Origin: Azolla caroliniana
Lineage: Eukaryota > Plantae > Polypodiophyta
Reading direction: 5' to 3'
NCBI GenBank assembly: GCA_043228905.1
Contig: JBHGNT010000016.1
Span: forward strand, 7,874,001 to 7,938,000
DNA length: 64,000 nucleotides
The notes beneath the pieces are model-generated. The model saw only the letters and a list, made by a program, of their open reading frames with translations. It was not told the DNA's origin and made no database searches. A program made the translations under genes and the position numbers. Below are positions 1 through 12,049 of this stretch, piece after piece. Every line of letters starts with the position of its first letter. Within the stretch, counting starts at the first letter, position 1.

Positions 1-24
1 TTCACTTCCTCTCGCATATCCTAC
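1..24 (-). CDS. GPA1: G-alpha coding exon 7 (cut by window edge)
   Basis: cag acceptor then VGYARGSE (cf. ETCARGNE). Confidence 0.85.
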
Positions 25-2395
25 CTGTATAGGGAATTGGTGAGATTATAATTCAGCAAACATTGATAACTTTACATCTAACACATGAACTTGTACTTGG
101 ATGGCAGGATCTCTCCAGAAACTTTGCACTTTGATAGCAATTTCCTCATTCAAAGCAGGAAATCCATCAGAGTCTTCGATTTCCAAAAGCATCTCTCCAA
201 ATGCCTAAATGTGTTTCCAAAAAAGAACATTTTATTTTCTTTTACCTTTTAACATGTTTTCAAGAAATAAATGTAAATCATCTATTTTGTCAAATATAAT
301 CTGAATAACATGAGATGAAGAGAGATATTAGGGACAAGTTTTCACATCATTGACAATTTAATGATTTCAACTATATAGTACATCAGCCTCCAGCAGATAG
401 ACAAATTTATAATATGCATTAAATGATTTAAATTGCAGCATATGATAAAAAGAGATACTAGGGACAAGTTTTCACGTTAGTTTAGAACTTAATGGTTTCA
501 ATTCAATGGCAACATCATCCTCCTAGCACAAAGAGAATTTCATTATTTCTGTGTTACCAAGACTTTTCTTCTCAAATATTCTAATAAATAATCTGGTAAG
601 TCTCAAAGTTTAAGAAGTGGAAATATGGAGCCTAAGATGTACAATATTTCTACATAATATTCTAAAGGTGTTTTTAGTAGCACAAATTAAGTCCATATAT
701 TGCTACTAGCTCAAGATTCTAGATTCACAATGAGGTTATTCATTTGCATTGAGCTCAGCACAAAGATTAAACTTTGCAGTTAAATCTTGATGATAAACCT
801 GATTTTCAGGTTGCAATTGATATTTAGCTGAGCCTTCTCCATCAGCCTCAGCAAATTGTTTACATCCACTGAACAATATCTGAAATATTGTCATTGATAT
901 ACTTGTCAGAATATTTATTCACATTTTTCTATAAACAAGGATAGTACATGGTAAATAAATAAAGACTGAGAAGAATGACGATATGGGTTTTCATACTCTT
1001 ATTGATTGATAAACATTGGCGTGGATAACAGGCACATAGCTCTTTCGCTCGATATCATTAAATCCTGTTTTGTATAAAACTTTGATCTACAAAAGCAAAC
1101 AGTATAATAGAGGATAAAAGATGATTAAACAAGCAAAAAAAAAAAAAAAAGCATATGATAGACAAAGGAACATGATATCACCTGCTTCAAAATAGTAGAC
1201 TTGCCAGATTCTCCAGCACCTACAGATATAGAAAATAAGATGCAGGTTGAAACAAGGATCTCTCTATCATCCACTCTATTAAGTCTACATATTGACCAAC
1301 TAGTAGAGTTCATCCAAGAAGCATTAGGAGAACATGAGAAAAACCAGACAATGGCTTTTTCACAATATTGCACACACTATGTACTTTCAACATTTCCTCA
1401 AGTGACTGCAAAATCCTTGGATGCAGTACACACTTTCTAATGAACCTAGTAGTGGCCTAGCAGTCAACGTGACTACAACCAAAATCATGGTGGTGGGCAA
1501 TCTCACATCTGAAAGTCAGCAACCAGTAGTATTCTATGAAGATGATTGAAGTGGTTCACAATTTCAATTACCTTGAAATTGGCATACCTAATTAACATGT
1601 TTGAAACAAGTATCTAACTAAGAAAATGAAAGCTGGTACGGCCCAATACTATCAACTTGAGAACAACCCGATGATAGGAGTTGTTTAAAGCAATAGTATT
1701 TGATGCATGTGTAATGCAAATTCTGCTTTATGGAACCAAGGTTATGGGAGGCATATTTCAGGAAGCTCATGAAATGAAATAGCGAAAATACAAAAGAGAG
1801 TTCTATTCATCATTTAGGGTTTAAGAACCCAACCACATAATCCATTGCATTCCTAGAAACTAAAAGAAGGCCAATACATTTTTATGCCCGTCGAGGAGTT
1901 TATAAGTACATACTGACGGTAAGGGCAATGCCTAGCAATCGCCTCTCAATGGCCACCTAGGAAATTGGATGCTTCGTTTAACATTTCAGATTTTAGTTTT
2001 TGTTCTTGTTTTACTTACTGCCTACATTCCTAAAAATTGAATTGGTGAGAATTTGACTCTGAAACGGATGCAGAAAGAAGCGCCAAACTCAACTGATCAT
2101 AAATGTAAAACCTACCCTGGAAACTTCTACATCATCTGCATAGTACACATCACAAAATGGAAATTTGGGTCACCAACAGGGAACTCTCACCAAGTAATAA
2201 TAGTTTCTGAACAGCTCTTTCCTTTTTGGCTTGTTCGTTTATTTTTTTGCTGATTTCTGCATCCTGGGAACATGCACAGCAAGAGACATATTGTTCAGAT
2301 TCTCTCTATACAGACCAAATGGAAAGAGACGAGAAGAAAAATACCTGTGCATCTTCAAGAGTTATTATTTTGGGTTTTACACAGATTGTTCCCAT
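1..2395 (-). CDS. GPA1: Heterotrimeric G-protein alpha subunit, 5' part (spliced; continues off the left edge of the window)
   Basis: GT-AG exons at 2345-2395 ([17 protein letters not shown]), 2191-2263 ([25 protein letters not shown]), 1182-1219 ([13 protein letters not shown]-loop), 997-1086 ([30 protein letters not shown]), 799-879, 97-204 (...FWRDPAIQ) and 1-24 (VGYARGSE). Phases join in frame, and motifs match plant GPA1. Confidence 0.93.
97..204 (-). CDS. GPA1: G-alpha coding exon 6
   Basis: AFGEMLLEI...[10 protein letters not shown]; AG/GT borders; 108 nt. Confidence 0.9.
799..879 (-). CDS. GPA1: G-alpha coding exon 5
   Basis: [27 protein letters not shown]; AG/GT borders; 81 nt. Confidence 0.88.
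997..1086 (-). CDS. GPA1: G-alpha coding exon 4
   Basis: IKVLYKTGF...[15 protein letters not shown]; AG/GT borders; 90 nt. Confidence 0.92.
1182..1219 (-). CDS. GPA1: G-alpha coding exon 3 (G1/P-loop)
   Basis: (G)[12 protein letters not shown], tag acceptor and GTGA donor. Confidence 0.93.
1400..1970 (+). mobile_element. Decayed RTE-type LINE fragment in a G-alpha intron
   Basis: Broken frames give LAVNxxxTKIM, [12 protein letters not shown] and ILLYGxxV, the post-RT motifs of RTE-type LINEs. Confidence 0.6.
2191..2263 (-). CDS. GPA1: G-alpha coding exon 2
   Basis: cag acceptor, [30 protein letters not shown] donor. Confidence 0.9.
2345..2395 (-). CDS. GPA1: G-alpha coding exon 1 (start Met; MGxxC lipidation motif)
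   Basis: ATGGGAACAATCTGT...GCACAG followed by donor GTAT; 51 nt. Confidence 0.85.
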
Positions 2396-3120
2396 TCTAA
2401 TCAAACAATAGAAATGCTCATGGACTTCCAGCTTCCAGTTATAAACAGTCAAAATCTAACCTCTGCTGATGCCTTTTTACATGCATAACCTTTGCCAAAA
2501 CTGCAAGAAGAGGAAATCATAAGTCATTTCAAACTTTTCATAGGTACTATAAAACAGGACTCTGAACATCTTCAGTCCTCATCCCTTCCATCCCCCCCCC
2601 AAAGGTGTTACAGACATGCAGACTATACCCGGAAGACAGTTTATTTAATATGTTCAATATGGTACACAAGGTGTTGATGTAGCATCATCAGTTCTCAATA
2701 CAATCGCAAAGTCACAATAGTGATACTCTAGTTCAGTTTCTAGATCGGAGGCAAAATCAGTACTTGGGAATCCACTTCCAAGATAGCTAGTTCATACACC
2801 AGGCATAAGGCCTATAATATATTGTACATCATAGAGAATAAGTAACAAGCAGAAATGGTTCACTTTGGTTCAGTATTCTCAAACTCAAACCACTCAAAAA
2901 ATTTGAAACTTAAATCAAACAGTGAAACCATTGAACAGCTCCTCAAACCTAAACAATTTAAAAATGTTCAACAACTAGTTTGCATAAAAATAAAGCTGAA
3001 AATCATCAACTTCAAAAAATATGTAGCGGTTTATGATTTCAGACTAACTATATTATAAAAAAGGCTCTATACATCATTTAAGCCGCTAACCTAATAGAAA
3101 ATTGCAGTTTAAGGTGTTTA

Positions 3121-3655
3121 AGACAGGTTTTCAAGCTTGATAAGATGTTAACCATCAACACAATATAATTTCAAACCAAGCATTAACCCCCAACCAAACT
3201 TTTGGAACTTAAACCGAACCATTTAAGCTGTTGACCCATGGTTTCATGATTCAGATTCACCAAACAATTGCCAGTTGCTAATGGTAATGCCTCTATGTGG
3301 TACAGTAAGCTTGATCATGTGCATGTGAAAGTATAAGTCGAGTATGCTCTCTTGGGCAAACTAAAAAATTGTCTTTCATAGATATTTGAAAAAGGCAACC
3401 CAATCTAATCTCAAACCAATCCACACTTTAGCTGTTCAAGACAAGGTTTCATGCTTGATAAACTGTAAATCATCAACCCAATATGATTTTGACCTAAACG
3501 TTAACACCCGAACCAAACCAAGTTGTTATCCAATTTTGGAACTTAGATTGAACCATTTAAGCTGTTAAGCCACTGTTTCATGGTTCAAAGTTGCTTGAAC
3601 CAAACGATTGCCAATTGCTAATGATAAGGCCTCTATGTGATACAGGAGGTTTGAT
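3121..3655. repeat. Diverged ~200-bp direct repeat (3121-3315 and 3439-3655)
   Basis: Shared colinear blocks ttttggaactta, gaaccatttaagctgtt, ttgctaatg and gcctctatgtg. Confidence 0.8.
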
Positions 3656-4194
3656 GGAATACTTTCTCCCATTAAAGGCAAGACGTGTGTCCACATGAAT
3701 GCCATGCCTCAGAGATAGGCCAAAGTTTTAACAGTAGTTAACTATTTAAGCCCACTTGAGCTCCTAATTTCGTGTTACTTGCAGATATTTTTGTCAATAC
3801 ATTCTAATTCTAGACTCTCAGCCTTCCTCCCCCATCTTACTCTTTGGTTCCATCTCCTTCCTTGTTTCCATCACTTGTCTTCTTGTTTATTATAGATGGC
3901 CATCATTTAGATGCATTTCTTGCTTGGCTCTTACAGAACGGCTTCGAGGGGCTGATACACCTAGGTGAAACACTACCTGTTACACCACTGAAACTTTTTT
4001 ATGATTAGGGTGGATCTCCGATCGGACTCAGACTCACGTGACCAACGCTACTCAACTGCGTAGGGCTGACTAGGTGAAGTATTTGGACCCGCTGAACATA
4101 CCGCCCAACCACCCTCTATCCAGCTTCCAATCCCTCTGTGAATCATTGGCGTCTTCTCCATCTATCGAGAAGACTTAGAATCCCACAACTCACG

Positions 4195-4400
4195 GGGCCT
4201 TCTCTACCCGTCGCGAAGGCCCTCACCTCAATCTGTTGAGTTGATATGTTGTGCTTCCGATCACGGAACCCCTCAACACAGCGGTTGTGTTACAATTGGT
4301 GCCTTCTCTACCCGTCGAGAAAGGCCCTCGCCTCGATCTGTCAAGGTGATGTGACGTGGTTCCAATCACGGAACCCCTCAACACAGTGAACGTGTTACAC
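4195..4400. repeat. ~103-bp tandem duplication
   Basis: gccttctctacccgtcg...aaggccctc...atcacggaacccctcaacacag...gtgttaca occurs twice in tandem. Confidence 0.85.
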
Positions 4401-7400
4401 TACCTCACCCCCACAAGGAGGAAATCTGCCGCAACAAGTGACGGTTTCCATTGCCATGCTTCCTCAATGAAAACCTCAACCTGCCATAGAACAGTGCCAT
4501 CAATCTAGCCTACCCCCACACAGTCATGGTCAAATACTTCAGTGAGTACTCCATGTCTTCAAGACTTACAAGACGCAGGATATAAGGCTGTAGCATTTTT
4601 ATTGGATATAAGGCTGCTGCACCCTAAGCAACTCTATATGCCCCACAAGGCCAACCTCCCCATTACAACCTACCTAGGACAGGTGGTTCAGTAGAACCAC
4701 TTTTTGGGGTTTTATAACCCTCAGAGCAGAAGATGACGAAGCGTCTGCTGGTGGAAGGAGTGGCCAACGTATCTCAGCCCACTGTCCTCACCTGCTACCA
4801 CTAAAGCAATGCCAGACCTGTCACGCCCCTGAAGAAGAAGATGTTCATCCCCTTAGATGGTGCATCAGCCAAAGCTTGGACACCACTATTAAAAGGGGGT
4901 GATGACGTGCATTATAGAGAACACATAGAAGGTTGAACTCATTTATCCATAAATCAAGACTTCATGCTTCAAAGTAGGATTATACCTTCTTAGGAAGGAG
5001 ATACACATCAAGAAAATTTGTGTACTCAGGTCCCATGAGTCAATATTGGCCTCTCTATGGATGCTAAAAAATATCTATCTATCTATCTATAAGGATACTG
5101 TCACTGTTCCTCCCACTGAAAAATAATCAGCCACACCCGCAGCACCAGCACAACCCACTCTGCCCCCACTACAGAGACTAATTAAGGTCCAAGTCAAAGG
5201 CATCACAAATAACCACCACCACAGTGTTTATTCCTATTGTGGGGAAGGTCTCGCGGTTCCACTCTTCACTGCAGCTGTAGACACAATTAGAAATAGAGAG
5301 GCATATGCACCTGAAAGTCGTGAACATCAACCCACCACCAGAGTTGCCCTTGAGTGCCCATCAGTTGACCAGAATAATTATAGGTGGGACAGCCAGGAAA
5401 TGAATATTTTTCCATGATCACCACCTCACCATCCACACTGAGCAGATGATAGCTAATCACCACAAGTGAGAGAATACACTGTCTGAGCTCATCCAGAGCT
5501 CTTAGGAGGACGTAGAATACCTCCCGACACAATTTATGAGTCTTGAGCCACTAGTGACGCTACCAAAGCAGCTAGATCCCCGGCCTCACAATTGCTTTAC
5601 ACTGCCACACGACAGTGTCACCTATTCAACAATACCACCGTCTATGTCCAATGGTTGAAACAACATAAAGATGAGTGCCTAGTCTCACAAGAACAGGAGC
5701 TGGCAAAGACATTTAAGGCAGCCACAGCAGACCTTTACAAGTGACTCAACCAGCTCCCATCCCATCCCCATTGGAGTTGATGCACCCACAACCCACTGCT
5801 TGCTACACAAAATGGCCAAGCAGTTGCATGCAGCGACAGAGGCATTTTAGCATGAACAGGCAGCAAATGCAGCGAAGTTTCACTTCCTCTGGCTGATTCA
5901 GAAGCATGACTCCAACAAGACAAGGAAGCATACTGCTTGGAAGTGGAGGTAGTCGCTGAGATATAAAAGGACGTAGCCCACGTATACCATGAACTGGCTG
6001 TAGATGTGACCAATGAGGTCTACCATCTTGTATCTGGATGAGACCAAGACAGCACCAGCCACGGAGATGCAACTTTCGTGACTGTTACTCTCTCTGCCTG
6101 TGACCAACAAACATCTATCACTGCCCCCATAGAACCCTTGGAAGCCACTGCACCACCGCCAACCTCACCCCCAATCACCAAGTTCACCGACTCTGCACTG
6201 ATGCCAGATGATATTGACAAATATGAAGTTATCCCAGCTTGGCTAAGCTCCCATCCCCCACTTAGCCCCACCCTCCATTATTGCACTAGTTTTGTCCACA
6301 GTATCTATTTTCCCACAAGCATGCCATAGTGTTGTCCTTCCAGCAGTTGTGTATATGGCCAGAGGACCATAGTGTATAAGGTAAGGAATAAAAGAGGTAC
6401 GATGGATATGCCGTAAGTAGCCATTGCATTAAATTAGAATGGCAATAATTTTTGGTCGTTCATCCAACAGTTATGTAATTAAAATACATAATGGGGTAGC
6501 AACCTGCCCGAACAGGTATAAGGGCACACAATGTAACAAATGTATATACATAAATGCAAAATAAGAATAACAACTGAGATTTGCATCCATACATCTGTTT
6601 TTCTTTACATTGTATATTATTTTCTGCCTCATCTTGTAGTCTAATCAACACATTATTTTTTTCGTTGAGTGGTATAATCAATAGTCATTTCCCTGTGAGT
6701 AATAATGGAATGCAATCGCTAAGAAGTCCCCACCTTATGGTCAGGTTCAAGTTGAGTGCAGGTCATGCTCAGAGAGGTAACCAGTAAGACACCTGAGTGA
6801 GGACCTTCTAGGTAGAACAACACTCAAGGTGACCTTATCCCCCCTCCTAGGTGACAAGCAAAATAGGTATCCCTTGCACTAGACTAAAGGTTATTGGCTC
6901 ATAGTTATATGTGTTTGGAGGACTTGGAGACCAAGTGTTCTCAGCATAGCAGGTTGGTATACATAGCTGAAACTCACAAGAGTGATCCAGCAACAACAAG
7001 ATTAAACATTATTGTAAATCATTAAGGTACATACAACTAATATTCTCAAGGAAAATGATGTTCGAGTTGGTTCACATAACCTCTCGAACTATGCTAAAAA
7101 GACTGGTTGCATGGGCGGGAACCTCTCAGAGTCAATGACAACCATCTCAGTTAGGTTCTCCAATTATCTCTTGGCAATAGAATAGGTTTGGAGTCTTATA
7201 GTTCCATTATTGTCACACATTACTCTGTGACTTCTCAGACCTCCCTTGTAATGCACACCAAATCTATGACAATGTCTGGAAAAGCTTGCTTGGGGCCAAA
7301 TTATGGAACTTTCAAATTGGAAATATTTATAAAAGGAATAAAAACCGATAGGAATATGCTGATATTCTGCTAAAATCTTATAAATTTGCGATATTTTCTC

Positions 7401-7856
7401 CTTATTTCCTATTTTTTCATACTTGAAAGGGGGGAAACAATACGCCAATTCGTAAAGAAACTTTTCCCACAGAAAAGAAAAAAATTTCACGCACTGATCT
7501 GAATAGATCTCGACCCTAAAACATAAGACAAATATATGAAACGTCAGTATGCTTGCTTGATACCACGGGTTGATGTGTATAACATGGAAATTTATATGTG
7601 ATAAAAGGCCATAATTGTAACAAATCTCAATATTTATTTCTGAAACTTCATACTTTTCACTACTAGGTGACATTGCTTACTGCATGAAAGCTTCTCAAAA
7701 TTAATGTGTACACCTAGATGTTCATTTTTGCCTGTACCAATCCCACACAACATCTACATATAATACATAAACATGTATTCGAATACACAGTGAAGTGATG
7801 AGCATAACACAGCATAAAAGCAGAGAGAGAAGTAAATCAAAGCTCGTATATAAGAC

Positions 7857-7977
7857 AGAGAGAGAGAGAGAGAGAGAGAGTAAACCTATTGGGAGAACAA
7901 ATCCATTTGAATAGCATTATGAATACGTCTGTGATGTATATCAGATTTTCAAGAAGAAACTGTTGACACTTGCAAGC

Positions 7978-8031
<54 letters not shown>

Positions 8032-8440
8032 AGAGGAGAATACCTGGGTGAAGAAATTTTTGCAGGATGGATTGATCTCTGATGAGAATCAGGCTTCTCT
8101 GAGATGCGTCTCGAAGCACAGTCAAAACGATGAGGGCTTTAGGATTTCTTGAAGTCGTGAGACAGAAGATGAAGATGAAGATGAAGATGAAGAAATTTTT
8201 ATCTCTCAATTCTTTATCTTTGTTTCTGTCTATTGTTTTATTTTTTTACTTACTTCTTTTATGGTTTACAAGAAGCAAAAGAAGAAGAAGAAGAAGAAGA
8301 AGAATGTGTGTGGTGGGCGGCGGTGGCTCGTCTCCTCTGGTCTCGTCTCGTCTCCTGTCGAATCGTGTTGTGTCTTGTCATGTCCTGTCTTATCGAATCG
8401 TGTCGTGTCATGTTATGTCGAATCGTGTTGTGTCGTGTTT
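7857..8440. repeat. Microsatellite cluster: (GA)n 7857-7880, (TG)n 7980-8028, (GAAGAT)n ~8165-8192, (GAA)n 8281-8302, degenerate (TCGTG)n ~8340-8436
   Basis: Directly visible. Confidence 0.9.
7886..8200 (-). other. Candidate upstream (5'UTR) exon(s) of the G-alpha gene
   Basis: Donor-like AG|GTTTAC at 7885 and CAG|GTA at 8043, with pyrimidine-rich leader-type microsatellites. The ATG exon starts 1 nt after a ttag acceptor (2397-2398), which suggests upstream exons. Confidence 0.4.
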
Positions 8441-10399
8441 ATTCCCGCCCACCACCTCCGCGTGTACACACTACCCTACCCCCCATTGATCCTCACACGC
8501 AAACTCCATCCACATCCCACCACCATCGATTGATTGTTCGCACCACATGCCACGCCTTCCGATGCAATACGTTTGACGTTTTATTGCCGAAGAAAACGCG
8601 ACTCTCTAACATCACATACCCAAAACAAAGTTCGCACGGGAGAAAAAAAAGGTACAAATTAGATGGGTCTACAATGTGCGAGTTGGACTCTTTGTGCATG
8701 GAGCCAACCTACCAAGTATTTGGGCCAAATTTGAAGATGTTTTAACAAATGCCTAGAAACATTTTTGAAGGAGCAAACTATGTTGCATCATCCCATGACA
8801 CCTTGCTTCGAACTCGTTTACATCATCATAGTCATGCACATCTCAAGTCTTCTCTAACCCTTTTAACATGTGTTTGTCAATCAAAATCCATATCAACTTT
8901 ATGTCCCAAGTAAACAAGAAAGTGGTACTCGATACAATACTTCCTTGTGCTTACAAGTAAAAAATGGTCGGAGACAATTGAATGTGTATAGTTGTTTTGA
9001 TATGCATAGAGTTGATGACAAACTAGAATCTAAGGTGCGAATAATATGTGATTTTATTCCATGTGGGTTTTAAACTTCAAAGTGTATGTGTGTGCCTACT
9101 ACTTGGTCATTGCATATGCCTTTCTCTCTTTTCTCAACACTTTCAAGGAGATCCACTTTTGAACTAGTCAATCCAACAAGTACGATAATATATTTGATAG
9201 CAAAACGAAGTGATAAACCCATAAGATTGCATGACTCCATCATAATTTTTCTATCTTAGTTATCATCCATGTGCTATCCAATATTGGATTTATTCTACGC
9301 GATTAAGGCAATCAAAAGAAAAACTTAATTAAAATAACTAACCTTGATTACTAGATTAGTAATACCCAAAAGCACAGGTTTCATAGTGGTCTTCTTATAT
9401 AAGAGAAGCTTGTAACATGAGAGTAGCAATGATGGATAAGATTTATGTGGTGCAAATTAAAGCGCCAAAAGATATTATTGCAATAACAAATTCAGATAGA
9501 AAAAGTGACTGTTCACTTTAATTGTGTAAAGGCATTAACTTATTTGTCACGCTGTCGTTCACAAATATTAAGAATGACATACCTTGATGTTGTGTGATAT
9601 GTATTCTATATACATAACCACATTTTCAAAGGTATATGATGAAGAATGCACATAACCATATATAAGTATTTGTGCGGTAAATATTTGACACCCTACTAGG
9701 AAAAAAAATTCACATTTATGATTTTGGGTAATGTGGTGGCTTCTATTGAATAGCTTTAGATGGCTAAAATAAAGCAAAAACTCAACAAAGCGCAATAATT
9801 TAGCAAAGTTTTTTCTAACGACGATATAGAGATGTTTTTGGATGAATTCACATTGAGGCATTAAAAGAACATCTCATGTTTAAAATGCTACAATAGGTGT
9901 GGCCCAATTAAGGGGCAGATGTTGACATTAGTTCTTATCTCATGGGCCCATATTTTCTAAATGGAAATGGGTAAAAGTTGTTATTACCCCTAGAGAAAGA
10001 GGAATGACAAGGGGAGTATTTCATATGAGTGGAAGATGTTAAAATAAAACATTATGTTGTTGAGCTGATCATTAGCTAAAATAGATTGTATGATAAAAAA
10101 GGATATCTTTTTCAATTACAAAAGAGTTTTAGACAGGTTGAAACAAATATATAGGAAAAATCCCCAAAAGATTGAGTGGAATTATTATTTTTTAATTATT
10201 TTTTCCAAAACAATATTCTTCATTAGTATAAATTCTTCATACCTGAGAAAATGATTAGTCTGACAACAGCGTAAAAGTTGTGGCCATGAAAGGCCAATAA
10301 AAAACTCAAAGACTCAAAGTAGAAGACTACAAAGAACAGTGGACACACCTACATGACTCTTCTTCCCATCTCATGTGATCATTGACTAAGACCCAATGT

Positions 10400-10852
10400 T
10401 CCTCCATCTTCTTCCATTCTCGCATGCTGATCAGCATACAAATCAACGCTCATCACCATGGCTTCACAATATGTTTGAGCTTTATCTACCATGGTTGTAT
10501 GACTACAAGCATTTCCAACCGGATTTGCTAAAACTCCATTTCTTCTCATCTGGCCATACCCTGCAAATGTGACAGAATTAGGAGAGAGATTCTCTTCTTT
10601 TGCATCCACTCAAAAGCATTAAGAGTCTGCTCTTCAAGCTCCTAGTGCACATAACCTGTGAACAATGTATTCCATGTCAAGCACTGCCTTTTGCTCATGC
10701 CACATTTCACATCATATCTACTAGTGCATTTCCAACAAGTTGGCTTTTTCAGAAAAGCTCTTTCCTCTCAGAATTGAAATGTATCTCCTCGCCCTTGTTT
10801 GTGGATCTAATGCACCCACAAGCTTTCAAAATGCCTGCAGAAAACTATGATA
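10400..10852 (-). pseudogene. PLS-class PPR gene fragment (stops, frameshifts, deletions)
   Basis: GILKACGCI..KGEEIH, LVGNALVDM, KCGM, TWNTLFTGY, LSPNSVTF, NACSH..MVDKAQTY. Confidence 0.8.
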
Positions 10853-11221
<369 letters not shown>

Positions 11222-11279
11222 CTAGTTCTCTACTAAAATCCACTCTCCTCAGACCCTCACTAAACCTTGCTTTTGCCTC

Positions 11280-11980
11280 CGCCACCATCTTTGCTCATCG
11301 TTATATAAACTATAAACAGAAGTGTGCTTCAAATATTTCCACATCAGCCATCTCTCCATTTTCCTTGAAATTCCTGCATAGACAACCAAGAAAAAATTAG
11401 TTGTCCCAATCCACTCATGACATTGACAACATTCTCGCTCATCCTTTCAAAAAATAAACAACTTCCTTTTCCACAATATCCATCTTGACAATCACTGCTC
11501 GTTTCAACAATTTCCTATACCTACTCATAATATTCTGCTTCACCCCCTACACCGTCTTTGCTCATCCTTATCCCACAAAAAATCCTTCTTATGTCCACAT
11601 CAACCATCTCGCCGATTACCGCCAAATTTCAACGTATGATAATTGTTTCATCAACCCCCACACCATCTACAATCATCCTTATCGCTCAGAAGAAATTGCT
11701 TCTTACATCCACAACAACTATCTTGCCTTCTCGCTAATCAGCACCAAATTTTAGCTTGCCATGTCCTTGATCTCCTTCCATCAAGCATCCTGCCATATAG
11801 ACCACAAACAAATTAATGTAAAAAAACCCTCACCAACTCATGATAATATGCTTCTTCAACCCCCACACCATCTACACTCCTCCTTATCACTCATAAGAAA
11901 ATTGCTTCTTACATCCACACAACCATCTTGCCTTATCGCTAATCGGCACCCAATTTTGGCTTGCCATGTCCTTGATTTTC
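11280..11980. repeat. Degenerate direct repeats, about 4 units; best pair ~135 bp at ~11637-11775 and ~11841-11978
   Basis: ccccacaccatctaca..tccttatc..aaattgcttcttacatccaca..atcttgcctt.tcgctaatc..gcttgccatgtccttgat repeated. Confidence 0.75.
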
Positions 11981-12049
11981 ACCAACATCAATTATCCTGA
12001 CAAAAAGATCAACAATCTTCTATATTATATCATGTTATTTCTACTAAAG

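Noticed and set aside
1125-1373. 82-aa ORF as a standalone small GTPase
   Set aside because: Only 1182-1219 is exon; the rest is intron read-through.
7164-7673. 169-aa minus-strand ORF
   Set aside because: No recognisable motif; AT-rich sequence, probably chance or a DNA-transposon remnant.
7949-8745. ORFs with poly-E/K/R and HT runs
   Set aside because: They are translations of microsatellites.
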